Shown here: positions 20,784 to 29,162 of the stretch, piece by piece
Layout of the letters: each line of letters begins with the position of its first letter
Position numbering within the stretch: position 1 is the stretch's first letter
Origin: a bacterium GBS-1
GTDB lineage: Bacteria > Synergistota > GBS-1
Direction: 5' to 3'
Assembly: GCA_001443005.1 (NCBI GenBank)
Contig: LEKQ01000001.1
Coordinates: forward strand, 594,542-658,541
Length of the DNA: 64,000 nt
Notes under the pieces: generated by a model
Databases searched by the model: none
The model's input: the letters and a program-made list of their open reading frames with translations, nothing else
Told to the model about the DNA's origin: nothing
Program-made: the position numbers and the translations under genes

Positions 20784-20813
20784 CCTGAACTAAATCGCCT
20801 CCCCCTTAAAACA

Positions 20814-20845
20814 GTGCATGGCAGGAGGAAGAACCTGCCATGCAC
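20814..20845 (-). promoter_or_regulatory. Intercistronic stem-loop between tctC and tctB (copy 1): perfect 12-bp inverted repeat, 8-nt loop
   Basis: GTGCATGGCAGG-aggaagaa-CCTGCCATGCAC read directly from the sequence; no downstream U-tract. Confidence 0.5.
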
Positions 20846-20869
20846 CCATCTCTATCTAAGGGTCCAAAC

Positions 20870-21877
20870 TTACTCCGGCTTAGGAATCTTGAAATCCTCA
20901 GGAGATTTCTTCGCAAGCTTCAACTCATGTAAGAGCCAGCTAACCAAAGATGTCTCTCTCTTAGCGTACTCCTCAGACTTCTGCCTATCATAGCCAAGAT
21001 AAACCATGGCCTGCTTCTGTACGAACTCCTTGAACTTAGGAGACTGAACGGCCTTAGCGTATGCCTTATCTATCGCATCTACAACCTCTTGAGGAACATC
21101 CCTAGGAACTGCTATGCCCCACCAACCACCGAAAGGTAGATATTTCTTAATATCAGGAGCCCACTTCGCCACAGTGGGAACCTTACCTACGCCCTCTATC
21201 TCAATATCCTCGTCATTGAACGTCGCAAGGATCCTAAGCTGGCCACCCTTTATCAAATCTATGGCCTCCATTAAGCCTGGAATTCCCGCTTTCGTCTCCC
21301 CTGCCACAGCCGCGGCAGCAGCCGCACGACCGCTGGGATAAACCACTATCTTAAAGTCCCCTCCAACAGATTTCTTAAGCATCTCCAAAGCTATATGCCA
21401 CCCGTTGGCTATACCAGAGTTAGCAAGGGTTAAGTCCTTCCCCATCTCCTTCATAGCCTTAATGAAATCATCCATGGTCTTTATGGGAGAATCGGGCTTA
21501 ACGCATATGGTCGCTACACCAGCAGCAGCGATCCACATATGAAAGTCCTTATAAGAGAAGGGACCAAGGTCCATCACCTGATACATCCTTATGTTATCTG
21601 AGAGTCCTAACCAAATATAACCATCATGAGGCTGACCCATGACGTAAGCTGTCGCAACAGCTCCAGTGGCCCCAGGCATATTTATGACATTAATAGGAAC
21701 CCCTAGGATCTGCTGCATCTCTGCCGCCAATGCTCTATTGACCTGGTCTGTTGCTCCACCCGCACCGAACTGAACTATAACGGTTATAGGTCTCGTTGGA
21801 TAGGCAGCCCATCCCATACCTGCGAAGACACCCACGAACAAGCCCAACACCGCCAACATAACAAGAGCCTTCTTCAT
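20870..21877 (-). CDS. tctC: Tripartite tricarboxylate transporter substrate-binding protein TctC (Bug family; copy 1)
   Basis: Signal peptide followed by AAYPTRPITVIVQFGAGGATD Bug-family motif. Confidence 0.85.
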   Translation of the reverse strand: MKKALVMLAVLGLFVGVFAGMGWAAYPTRPITVIVQFGAGGATDQVNRALAAEMQQILGVPINVINMPGATGAVATAYVMGQPHDGYIWLGLSDNIRMYQVMDLGPFSYKDFHMWIAAAGVATICVKPDSPIKTMDDFIKAMKEMGKDLTLANSGIANGWHIALEMLKKSVGGDFKIVVYPSGRAAAAAAVAGETKAGIPGLMEAIDLIKGGQLRILATFNDEDIEIEGVGKVPTVAKWAPDIKKYLPFGGWWGIAVPRDVPQEVVDAIDKAYAKAVQSPKFKEFVQKQAMVYLGYDRQKSEEYAKRETSLVSWLLHELKLAKKSPEDFKIPKPE

Positions 21878-21901
21878 CTTTCTTCCCCCCTTTAGATTAA
21901 T

Positions 21902-21919
21902 TTCTTAAAGCTTTAAGAA
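21902..21919. promoter_or_regulatory. Perfect 18-bp palindrome TTCTTAAAGCTTTAAGAA just upstream of the tctC (copy 1) Shine-Dalgarno; candidate operator
   Basis: Read directly; near-identical palindrome lies in the same position upstream of tctC copy 2. Confidence 0.4.
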
Positions 21920-21954
21920 CCTCTTCCTTTTCACATCACCTCCCTCTACGGCTT

Positions 21955-23109
21955 TTACATGGCAGATCTGCATATCTGGATCAGATCTTCCAAGGTAGGA
22001 GTTCTCGGATTAATGGGTATCCCAACGTTACTCATCGCCTCACGACATATATCTTCAATGGCATCCTCTTTGACGCCTACCTCTCTTAGCCCTGCCGGTA
22101 TACCCACATCTCTACACAAAGCCTTTACCGCCTCAACCGCCCTACGTGCAGCCTGAAGCTCCGTAAGACCGGAAACGCTCTCTCCCAACGCTTCAGCTAT
22201 CTTAGCAAACTTAGAAAGGTTGCCAATGAGATTAAACTCCATACCATAGGGTAATAGGATAGCGTTTATCACACCATGAGGCACGTCGAAGTACCCACCC
22301 ATAACAGCTGTGATAGCGTGAATAACGCCCAAGCGCGTATTTGCGAAAGCCAAGGCTGCCATCGTGCTTCCTAAGAGCATGTTATAGCGAGCTTCAATAT
22401 TATCCCCCTTAGCATAGGCAGCCCTCAGATACTTTCCAATAAGATAGATAGCGTGATAGGCAAGCGACTCCGATATAGGCTCAGTTACAACGTTCGTGAA
22501 GGACTCTATAGCGTGAGTTAGAGCATCTAAACCAGTAGCAGCGGTCACGCTTGGCGGCATACTCAAGGTTAGAAGGGGGTCGCAAACCGCAATGTGAGGA
22601 GCGATCTTAGGATTACCTATGCCCATCTTAACTTTCTTCTTGGTATCCTTTATCACCGTCACCCAAGTTATCTCGCTACCTGTGCCAGCCGTAGTAGGAA
22701 CGGCAATGAGAGGAAGTATCCTGTTCTTCGGAGGGTTCTTCCAAAAGTAGGCTATCTCCCCCTCGTTAGTTAAAAGTAGACCGATCGCCTTAGCGGTGTC
22801 TATCGAGCTTCCTCCCCCAATCGCCAATAGGAGATCACACCCAAACTCCCGAGCAACTTTAACTCCCTCCTCGACTATCTCAACCGTCGGATTAGGCTCA
22901 ACTTTAGAGAAAACCTCAGTTCTAAAGCCAGCAATATCCAACTTGGCCTTTATGCCATTTACGATGTTCGTGCACATCAATCCCGGATCCGTAACTATTA
23001 AGACGCTCTTTCCGCCCAGTTCGTTAACCCTGTCTACTATTTTTTCGGCCTCTCCTATCCCAAAATACAACTTAGTCGGAATCTGCCAAACGAAGGGCTT
23101 AACAAACAT
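21955..23109 (-). CDS. Iron-containing alcohol dehydrogenase (Fe-ADH family)
   Basis: 384 aa; GGGSSIDTAKAIG motif and Fe-ADH layout. Confidence 0.85.
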   Translation of the reverse strand: MFVKPFVWQIPTKLYFGIGEAEKIVDRVNELGGKSVLIVTDPGLMCTNIVNGIKAKLDIAGFRTEVFSKVEPNPTVEIVEEGVKVAREFGCDLLLAIGGGSSIDTAKAIGLLLTNEGEIAYFWKNPPKNRILPLIAVPTTAGTGSEITWVTVIKDTKKKVKMGIGNPKIAPHIAVCDPLLTLSMPPSVTAATGLDALTHAIESFTNVVTEPISESLAYHAIYLIGKYLRAAYAKGDNIEARYNMLLGSTMAALAFANTRLGVIHAITAVMGGYFDVPHGVINAILLPYGMEFNLIGNLSKFAKIAEALGESVSGLTELQAARRAVEAVKALCRDVGIPAGLREVGVKEDAIEDICREAMSNVGIPINPRTPTLEDLIQICRSAM

Positions 23110-23325
23110 GCTATCCCCCCTCTATACTTTATTATTGTGATAATATCATCCATCCAAACAAATCTATCCTTATCCGCCAACGGAACAACATTCGCTATTT
23201 CTAAATGATATCTTAACATAAGCACCCGACAGCGTCAAGCCATGTTCGTATACCCAGTATGCTTGGATTAATGGTAATACCTCAACTATTTCGCATATAG
23301 GAGAATCTTTTAGATTCTCTCTATC

Positions 23326-24795
23326 TTAGTCCTTTAATTTACGCACCACCTTCCAAATAGATGGTCCTAAAAGGGTTAAAACTATAAGAGAAAACAAGAT
23401 TAAAGATATGGGACGGGTTAGGAAAGGGATAATGCTACCACCTGACTTTATAAGCCCTATACGGAGATTGTCCTCGATCATCCTACCAAGGATTAGAGCT
23501 AAAACCATTGGAGCAAGAGGCATGTTTATTTTCTCCATAACGTAGCCGAGTAAGCCAAACAGCGCCATTAGCCATATATCGAAGACGCTGTTTCTTATGG
23601 CGTAGGAGCCTACCATGGAAAACAGAACCACAGCACTCATAACTACACCTGCTCTAAGGCTAACCAAGCGAGAAAAGGCCTTTATCCCCAGCCACCCAAC
23701 CGGTAAAAGCATTATCTGCACCAGCAGGGCTACAGCGAAAATCTGATATACCAAATCCTTAGATTGAGCGAAGATGAGCGGTCCAGGCTTCAAGCCATAC
23801 ATCAGCATAGCGCCTAGGACTATCGCAGTTATAGAATCGCCAGGTATCCCCAGTGCCAGTGCAGGGATCCAAGTTCCACCTATAGCAGCATTATTCGCAC
23901 TGGTTGGAGCTATAACGCCACGGGGGCTACCGGAACCTATCTCATTACCACTAAGGCTTTTTTCCGCTCCATAGGCAACCCATGCAGCGATGTCCGCCCC
24001 CGCTCCAGGAAGAGCACCTATGAAAGTCCCTATCAAAGAGCTCCTTATTATAATGAACTTATTGCGATACATAAGCTTTAAAGCCTCAAGCACATCCAAC
24101 TTCCCATTGATTTTAACGCTTGGTAAGTCCAAGCTCTCCCTAAAGGACAATCTCTTCAATACCTCGGAAATTCCAAAAAGTCCTATCATAGCTGGGATAA
24201 AGCTAACACCATCCATCAGCTCCGTGATCCCAAAGGTAAACCTGGGATATCCCGTGGTGACATCTATACCTATGGTAGATATGAGAAGCCCAAACAAGGC
24301 TGAAAGAAGCCCCTTGATGGTATTACCTCTACTTAAAACGGCAGCCATGCTTAAACCAAAGACCCCCAACCAGAAATACTCGAAGTGCGTGAACTTCAAG
24401 GCTACCTCAGCTAACGGGGGAGCAGTGAAGATCAATATCAAAACCCCTATCAATCCTCCAAGAGCAGAACAGAAGAGATCCAAAGTTAAGGCTAAAGCTC
24501 CTTTACCCTTCTTATTCATCTCAAAGCCATCTAAAACCGCTGCCCCAGAGGCTGGCGTACCCGGAATCCTTAAGAAGGTCGCGGGAATATCGCCTGCAAA
24601 TATGGCGGTGAAGGAAACACCTATAACCATAGCCAAACCCGTTAGGGGCTCCATGTAATAGGTCAATGGTATTATGAGAGCTACGGCCATCGTAGCCGTA
24701 AGGCCAGGCATAGCGCCCACGAAAACGCCAAAGGCCATTGAAAGCAAAAGCGGAAAAAGAACCTTTAAGGAAAGGATGGATAAAAGATAAGACAT
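23326..24795 (-). CDS. tctA: Tripartite tricarboxylate transporter large permease TctA (copy 2)
   Basis: 489 aa; GAMPGLTATMAVALI motif; paralog of copy 1. Confidence 0.85.
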   Translation of the reverse strand: MSYLLSILSLKVLFPLLLSMAFGVFVGAMPGLTATMAVALIIPLTYYMEPLTGLAMVIGVSFTAIFAGDIPATFLRIPGTPASGAAVLDGFEMNKKGKGALALTLDLFCSALGGLIGVLILIFTAPPLAEVALKFTHFEYFWLGVFGLSMAAVLSRGNTIKGLLSALFGLLISTIGIDVTTGYPRFTFGITELMDGVSFIPAMIGLFGISEVLKRLSFRESLDLPSVKINGKLDVLEALKLMYRNKFIIIRSSLIGTFIGALPGAGADIAAWVAYGAEKSLSGNEIGSGSPRGVIAPTSANNAAIGGTWIPALALGIPGDSITAIVLGAMLMYGLKPGPLIFAQSKDLVYQIFAVALLVQIMLLPVGWLGIKAFSRLVSLRAGVVMSAVVLFSMVGSYAIRNSVFDIWLMALFGLLGYVMEKINMPLAPMVLALILGRMIEDNLRIGLIKSGGSIIPFLTRPISLILFSLIVLTLLGPSIWKVVRKLKD

Positions 24796-24802
24796 CTACA
24801 CT

Positions 24803-25294
24803 CTACCCCCTTAAGAGTGAAAATATAACTCCCTCAGGTAAGGGTAGCTTAAATATAACCTTGAAAATCCAATGGATTAACAAAGCCAAGACTACAGAAT
24901 AAACTAGAGATGAAAACCACCTAACTCTCATAAATCGCATTAGGAAAACTCCCAAGAGCGTTATACCAATCACGCTTCCGAAAATCTTCAGAACCGGGTA
25001 AAAGAGAAACCCCACACCTATGATAATTACGAAGCTCAAGCTTTTATATAAGCTGACGCCTTTAAATAGCGATGATCTCAATTCCTCCCTCGCTTTAAAT
25101 AGAGAGGTCAAACCAGATACAAAAAAGTAAAAACCAAAGATCAAGATCAAAAAAGCTAAGAGATCCGGGAAAAAGCTCGGTCCAGGCAACTTTTCCCCTC
25201 TTACCGTAAACTTCGGGAAAAACCTGGAATGGTAAAAAACGAAGCCTGATAAAGCGAAACAGCTCAAACTCAATATAAGGTCACTCCACCCCAT
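24803..25294 (-). CDS. tctB: Tripartite tricarboxylate transporter small subunit TctB (copy 2)
   Basis: 163 aa hydrophobic protein in the tctCBA position. Confidence 0.6.
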   Translation of the reverse strand: MGWSDLILSLSCFALSGFVFYHSRFFPKFTVRGEKLPGPSFFPDLLAFLILIFGFYFFVSGLTSLFKAREELRSSLFKGVSLYKSLSFVIIIGVGFLFYPVLKIFGSVIGITLLGVFLMRFMRVRWFSSLVYSVVLALLIHWIFKVIFKLPLPEGVIFSLLRG

Positions 25295-25320
25295 TTAGCC
25301 ACAATCCCCCTTTAAAGGCG

Positions 25321-25350
25321 GGGCAAGCTCGTGGGAACGAGCTTGCCCCA
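25321..25350 (-). promoter_or_regulatory. Intercistronic stem-loop between tctC and tctB (copy 2): perfect 12-bp inverted repeat, 6-nt loop
   Basis: GGGGCAAGCTCG-tgggaa-CGAGCTTGCCCC; same position and architecture as copy 1. Confidence 0.5.
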
Positions 25351-25362
25351 AAGAGAATACCT

Positions 25363-26337
25363 TTACTTCTTAAGATATCCGCCTAGCTCGAGAACCGTCT
25401 TCCAAGCTTTATCCTGCTCCTCAACGAATTTCCTGAACTCCTCTCCCCTTCTTACCTTTATACCAAAGCCATTGGTTTCCATGAACTTCTTGAAAGCTTC
25501 AGAGTTAGCTATCTCAATAATGGCATCCTCGAGCTTCTTCTTTATCTCAGCAGGGGTTCCTTTAGGAACACCCACACCCCTCCACGTACCAGCGCTCCAG
25601 TTAATACCGAGCTCCTTTAAGGTCGGTACATCTGGGAATGCAGGAAGCCTCTCATCGGCCATAACAGCGAGAGCTCGAGCCTGACCGCTCTTTATATAAG
25701 GAGCGGCTTCCGCCAACGAACAGGTAACCACGTGGACATGCCCACCTAAAAGCTCGGTCAAAGCTTGAGCAGCGCCCGTGGTAGACGGAATCCACTTAAC
25801 GGAATCCACAGGCAAACCAGCAGCGTGAAGCATACCTATCCTAGCTAAATCCCATATCCCACCCGCTGCGACGCCGGAGAAAAGAAGCTTACCTGGATTA
25901 GCCTTTATATCGTCCAGTAGCTCCTTGAGATTCTTCCATGGGGCATCGGCCTTGACCGTTACTCCTGCAGCATCCTCGTTAACCTGAGCTATATAGTCGA
26001 AAGCCTCATAGGTTAGGTCCGTGAGGCCCATCCAGTGCATTGTGGCTAACTCCAATGTCACGATGGTTATGGTGTATCCGTCTGGGGGTGCATAAGCACC
26101 AGCGGCGTGCCCCACCGCTCCACCGCCACCCGTTTTGTTAACCACAGTGAAGGGCTGACCAAACTTCTTAGAAAGCTCATCTGCCAAAAATCGAGCAAGC
26201 CTGTCGGTGCCCCCACCAGCACCCCAAGGACAGATAACCGTAACCGCCTTCTCTGGATAGGCCGCCCACGCGCTTAAGGTAAAGACCCACGTAAACCCCA
26301 TAACCGCCAAAACTACCACCCATAAAAGCTTCTTCAT
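25363..26337 (-). CDS. tctC: Tripartite tricarboxylate transporter substrate-binding protein TctC (Bug family; copy 2)
   Basis: Signal peptide followed by AAYPEKAVTVICPWGAGGGTD Bug-family motif. Confidence 0.85.
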   Translation of the reverse strand: MKKLLWVVVLAVMGFTWVFTLSAWAAYPEKAVTVICPWGAGGGTDRLARFLADELSKKFGQPFTVVNKTGGGGAVGHAAGAYAPPDGYTITIVTLELATMHWMGLTDLTYEAFDYIAQVNEDAAGVTVKADAPWKNLKELLDDIKANPGKLLFSGVAAGGIWDLARIGMLHAAGLPVDSVKWIPSTTGAAQALTELLGGHVHVVTCSLAEAAPYIKSGQARALAVMADERLPAFPDVPTLKELGINWSAGTWRGVGVPKGTPAEIKKKLEDAIIEIANSEAFKKFMETNGFGIKVRRGEEFRKFVEEQDKAWKTVLELGGYLKK

Positions 26338-26350
26338 TTTGAAACCCCCT

Positions 26351-26366
26351 TTCTTAAATTTAAGAA
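26351..26366. promoter_or_regulatory. Perfect 16-bp palindrome TTCTTAAATTTAAGAA abutting the tctC (copy 2) Shine-Dalgarno; candidate operator
   Basis: Read directly; shares the TTCTTAAA / TTTAAGAA half-sites with 21902-21919. Confidence 0.4.
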
Positions 26367-26523
26367 GCTTTGCTTAAAAAGCAAATATTACCAGTTTCAC
26401 CTCCTTCCTTATGTTAAACTCTCTGTTTAAAGTATAGCAAAAGAAGAACCATCTTTCGAGATCTCCAAAACCTTTTCGGGAAAAGATGTGCTGAAAAAAT
26501 CTCTTAAATTTTTTAGTCTATTC

Positions 26524-26997
26524 TTAAAAGCACCTTTTTCTGAGATTAAACCTTCTTAAAATGGGCAGAAACATGCCTCCAACGAGAGCTAACGCCCCAA
26601 GAGCGCCGGGCCTGGAGGAGATTTCACAACCGCCGCACCACCAGTCAAAGTCAACCCTTATGCTACGAGGCCCCCACCATGTAGAATGACCGTATTCATC
26701 CTCAACCTTAACGCATACATCGTACCACCCCTCGTACCACACCCTATACCATAGAGTGTCGCTCCACTCCACCTCAACGCCATTCACATACCATGTATAG
26801 TAAATGTAATCACCATCAGGATCATAGGCTTCAACGCGCCCCTTTATGATCGCATATTCATCACACCAATCGTATTCGTAATAATCCACATCCAACCAAA
26901 CGTTCGTTATTATAGGAGGCGAGTTCTGCCCCAAAGCATATCCAGATATACATAAGAGCAAGACAAGGGAAACAAGCGATATCTTAAGCCCCTTCAA
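26524..26997 (-). CDS. Small secreted W/Y-rich PKD-like domain protein with a C-terminal hydrophobic/basic tail
   Basis: N-terminal signal peptide (MKGLKISLVSLVLLLCISGYALG); DPDGDYIYYTWYVNG PKD-like core; tail CGGCEISSRPGALGALALVGGMFLPILRRFNLRKRCF; 4-nt overlap with upstream gene. Confidence 0.5.
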   Translation of the reverse strand: MKGLKISLVSLVLLLCISGYALGQNSPPIITNVWLDVDYYEYDWCDEYAIIKGRVEAYDPDGDYIYYTWYVNGVEVEWSDTLWYRVWYEGWYDVCVKVEDEYGHSTWWGPRSIRVDFDWWCGGCEISSRPGALGALALVGGMFLPILRRFNLRKRCF

Positions 26998-28232
26998 ATG
27001 AAACTTCCTCCCTTAGCGCGTTCCATCAAATCAAGGAGAACTTCAACCACCTTTTGAGCAAACTCAGGATCATTTATGTTGTTATCGAGCTCGTAAACTG
27101 GTATCCCAGGTCTAAGATTAGCCTTTATCGAATCGAAGCAAGCCCTATCAGCCTCAGGATCCCAGAAGGCTTGACCAGGACTGTCAAGCATGGAAACACC
27201 CTTTAGCGGTATAAGCACGGCCACCGGCCCCTTGCTTTCGTTCGCCGCCCTAGCTATCCACTCCCCTATGGCTTTGTTTTCTTCAACGTTCGTCCTAACC
27301 AAGGTGACATTAGGATTCCACTCGTATATCTTTCTGCCCCTATACTTCTCCGGAACCGTATCTTTCGCCCAGAAATTGATCATATCGACACAACCCGGAA
27401 CTAAAACGGCAGGGATACCTCTTCTTGCAGCAGCAAAGAGCCTATCCTTCCCCGCCGATAGAACCCCTCCACCTATCTCATCAGCTAACTCCGTAGTCGT
27501 TATATCAGCCACAGCTGAAACCAAGCCCTGATCAATGAGCATCTCCATGGTTCTCCCACCGGTCCCAGTAGCGTGAAACACCAGTATCTCAAAGCGATCG
27601 CCCAAAAGCTCTTTAACCTTCTCGACGCACGGTGTCGTGTTCCCAAACATGCTTATAACTATAACTGGCTTCTCAGGCTCCTTAAGCATCTCCTCATAGG
27701 CACCATGCTCAAGCATCCCCGCGAGCGCCCCCACGGCGTTCTTATAAATCGCCCTGCTAATCCTATTTAAGCCAGCCACATCAACTATTGAGGGAAACAT
27801 CACTATATCCTTAATCCCAACATATCGAGATACATCTCCACCAGCAACCGTAGACACCATCACCTTAGGAATACCTATGGGCAAAGCTTGCATGGCCGTT
27901 GTGGCTATTATGGTCCCAGCGCTTCCTCCCATACCAAGTATGCCATGAAGATTCCCTTCATCATATAACCTCCTAACTACCTCCTTAAGCCCCTTGGTCA
28001 TCGTATCCATCGCTAAGCTCTTATCCTTTTTCGCCTGGAGCTCCTCTATGCTCACTCCCCCCGCCTTTGCCACCTCTGCCCTCGTTATATCTGGTTCGAA
28101 GAAGGGCTTCCCCATCACACCAAAATCAACCACAATAACCTCAAAACCAGAGCTCTTGAGCAGATCCCTAACGTAGGCAAAATCCTGCCCTTTGGTATCT
28201 AAGGCACCGACTAAAACAACCTTCTTAGTCAT
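26994..28232 (-). CDS. Tm-1-like / UPF0261-family protein
   Basis: 412 aa; N-terminal MTKKVVLVGALDTKG and overall resemblance to UPF0261; recognised from memory of the family. Confidence 0.6.
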   Translation of the reverse strand: MTKKVVLVGALDTKGQDFAYVRDLLKSSGFEVIVVDFGVMGKPFFEPDITRAEVAKAGGVSIEELQAKKDKSLAMDTMTKGLKEVVRRLYDEGNLHGILGMGGSAGTIIATTAMQALPIGIPKVMVSTVAGGDVSRYVGIKDIVMFPSIVDVAGLNRISRAIYKNAVGALAGMLEHGAYEEMLKEPEKPVIVISMFGNTTPCVEKVKELLGDRFEILVFHATGTGGRTMEMLIDQGLVSAVADITTTELADEIGGGVLSAGKDRLFAAARRGIPAVLVPGCVDMINFWAKDTVPEKYRGRKIYEWNPNVTLVRTNVEENKAIGEWIARAANESKGPVAVLIPLKGVSMLDSPGQAFWDPEADRACFDSIKANLRPGIPVYELDNNINDPEFAQKVVEVLLDLMERAKGGSFI

Positions 28233-28247
28233 ACTATCCTCCCTCCC

Positions 28248-29087
28248 CTAACGAGCAAGCCTCAGCGACTTAAAGGCCTCAACCTGCGCTTTTATCGCCC
28301 TCTCTGTAGGCAGGCGCTCGATGCTTGAAGCGCCAAAGAACCCCACGACACCAGGCATCATCGCAAGAGCCTTACCCACATTCTCAGGCTCATCGAAAGG
28401 CCCTCCATGGCATATCACCAGTATATCCTTTCTAACTCTCTTAGCAGCTTCAGCGATAGACATCACCTTCTCAACGGCTTGCTCCAAGGTCATGGCCACA
28501 CCAGCTCCTATCGTACCACCGGTAGTTAAACCAACATGAGCAACGATAACATCAGCACCAGCCTTAACCATCTCAACGGCCTGGTCCTCATCAAACACAT
28601 AGGGTGTGGTAAACATATCAAGCTCATGAGCTATCCTTATCATCTCGATCTCCTTATCATACCCCATACCTGTGGCCTCAAGGTTAGCCCTGAAGTTACC
28701 GTCAATTAGACCAACAGTTGGGAAGTTCTGAACGCCGGAGAAACCCATTTCCTTAAGCTCCCTTAAGAAAACGGGCATAAGCCTAAAGGGATCTGTGCCG
28801 CAAACGCCAGCCAAAACAGGGGTGTTTTTCACAACCGGCAAGACCTCCCTCGCCATCTCAACAACTATAGCGTTAGCATCACCATAGGGCATAAGACCCG
28901 CTAGGGAACCTCTCCCACCCATCCTGAATCGACCAGAATTATAGATAACTATCAGATCTATTCCACCAGCCTCAGCCATCTTCGCGGATATCCCTGTTCC
29001 AGCTCCACCACCCACTATGGGCCTTCCAGCCTCGATCTGAGCGTGAAGGCGAGCTAATATTTCTTCCCTCGTAAAACCGATCTTCAT
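28248..29087 (-). CDS. PEP hydrolase-like TIM-barrel protein (usual partner of UPF0261)
   Basis: About 280 aa; start set to the ATG (MKIGF...) preceded by GGAGGTG; track ORF extends to a GTG at 29096. Confidence 0.6.
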   Translation of the reverse strand: MKIGFTREEILARLHAQIEAGRPIVGGGAGTGISAKMAEAGGIDLIVIYNSGRFRMGGRGSLAGLMPYGDANAIVVEMAREVLPVVKNTPVLAGVCGTDPFRLMPVFLRELKEMGFSGVQNFPTVGLIDGNFRANLEATGMGYDKEIEMIRIAHELDMFTTPYVFDEDQAVEMVKAGADVIVAHVGLTTGGTIGAGVAMTLEQAVEKVMSIAEAAKRVRKDILVICHGGPFDEPENVGKALAMMPGVVGFFGASSIERLPTERAIKAQVEAFKSLRLAR

Positions 29088-29124
29088 TAGCAACACCTCC
29101 CTTAAAAAAATCTTTTCTGACTAT

Positions 29125-29154
29125 ATTATAAAGCTTAGACAATCTTTATATCAA
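29125..29154 (-). promoter_or_regulatory. Candidate promoter for the long minus-strand array (upstream of the PEP hydrolase-like gene)
   Basis: Minus strand reads TTGATA (29154-29149), 18-bp spacer, TATAAT (29130-29125); lies in the divergent gap shared with the eamA-like gene. Confidence 0.35.
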
Positions 29155-29162
29155 CTTAAAAG

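Noticed and set aside
23990-24658. 222-aa plus-strand ORF antisense to tctA copy 2 (and the similar 122-aa ORF at 19708-20076 antisense to tctA copy 1)
   Set aside because: Both are mirror-image artefacts of the permease genes (Pro/Ala/Lys-rich translations of the antisense strand); no independent support.
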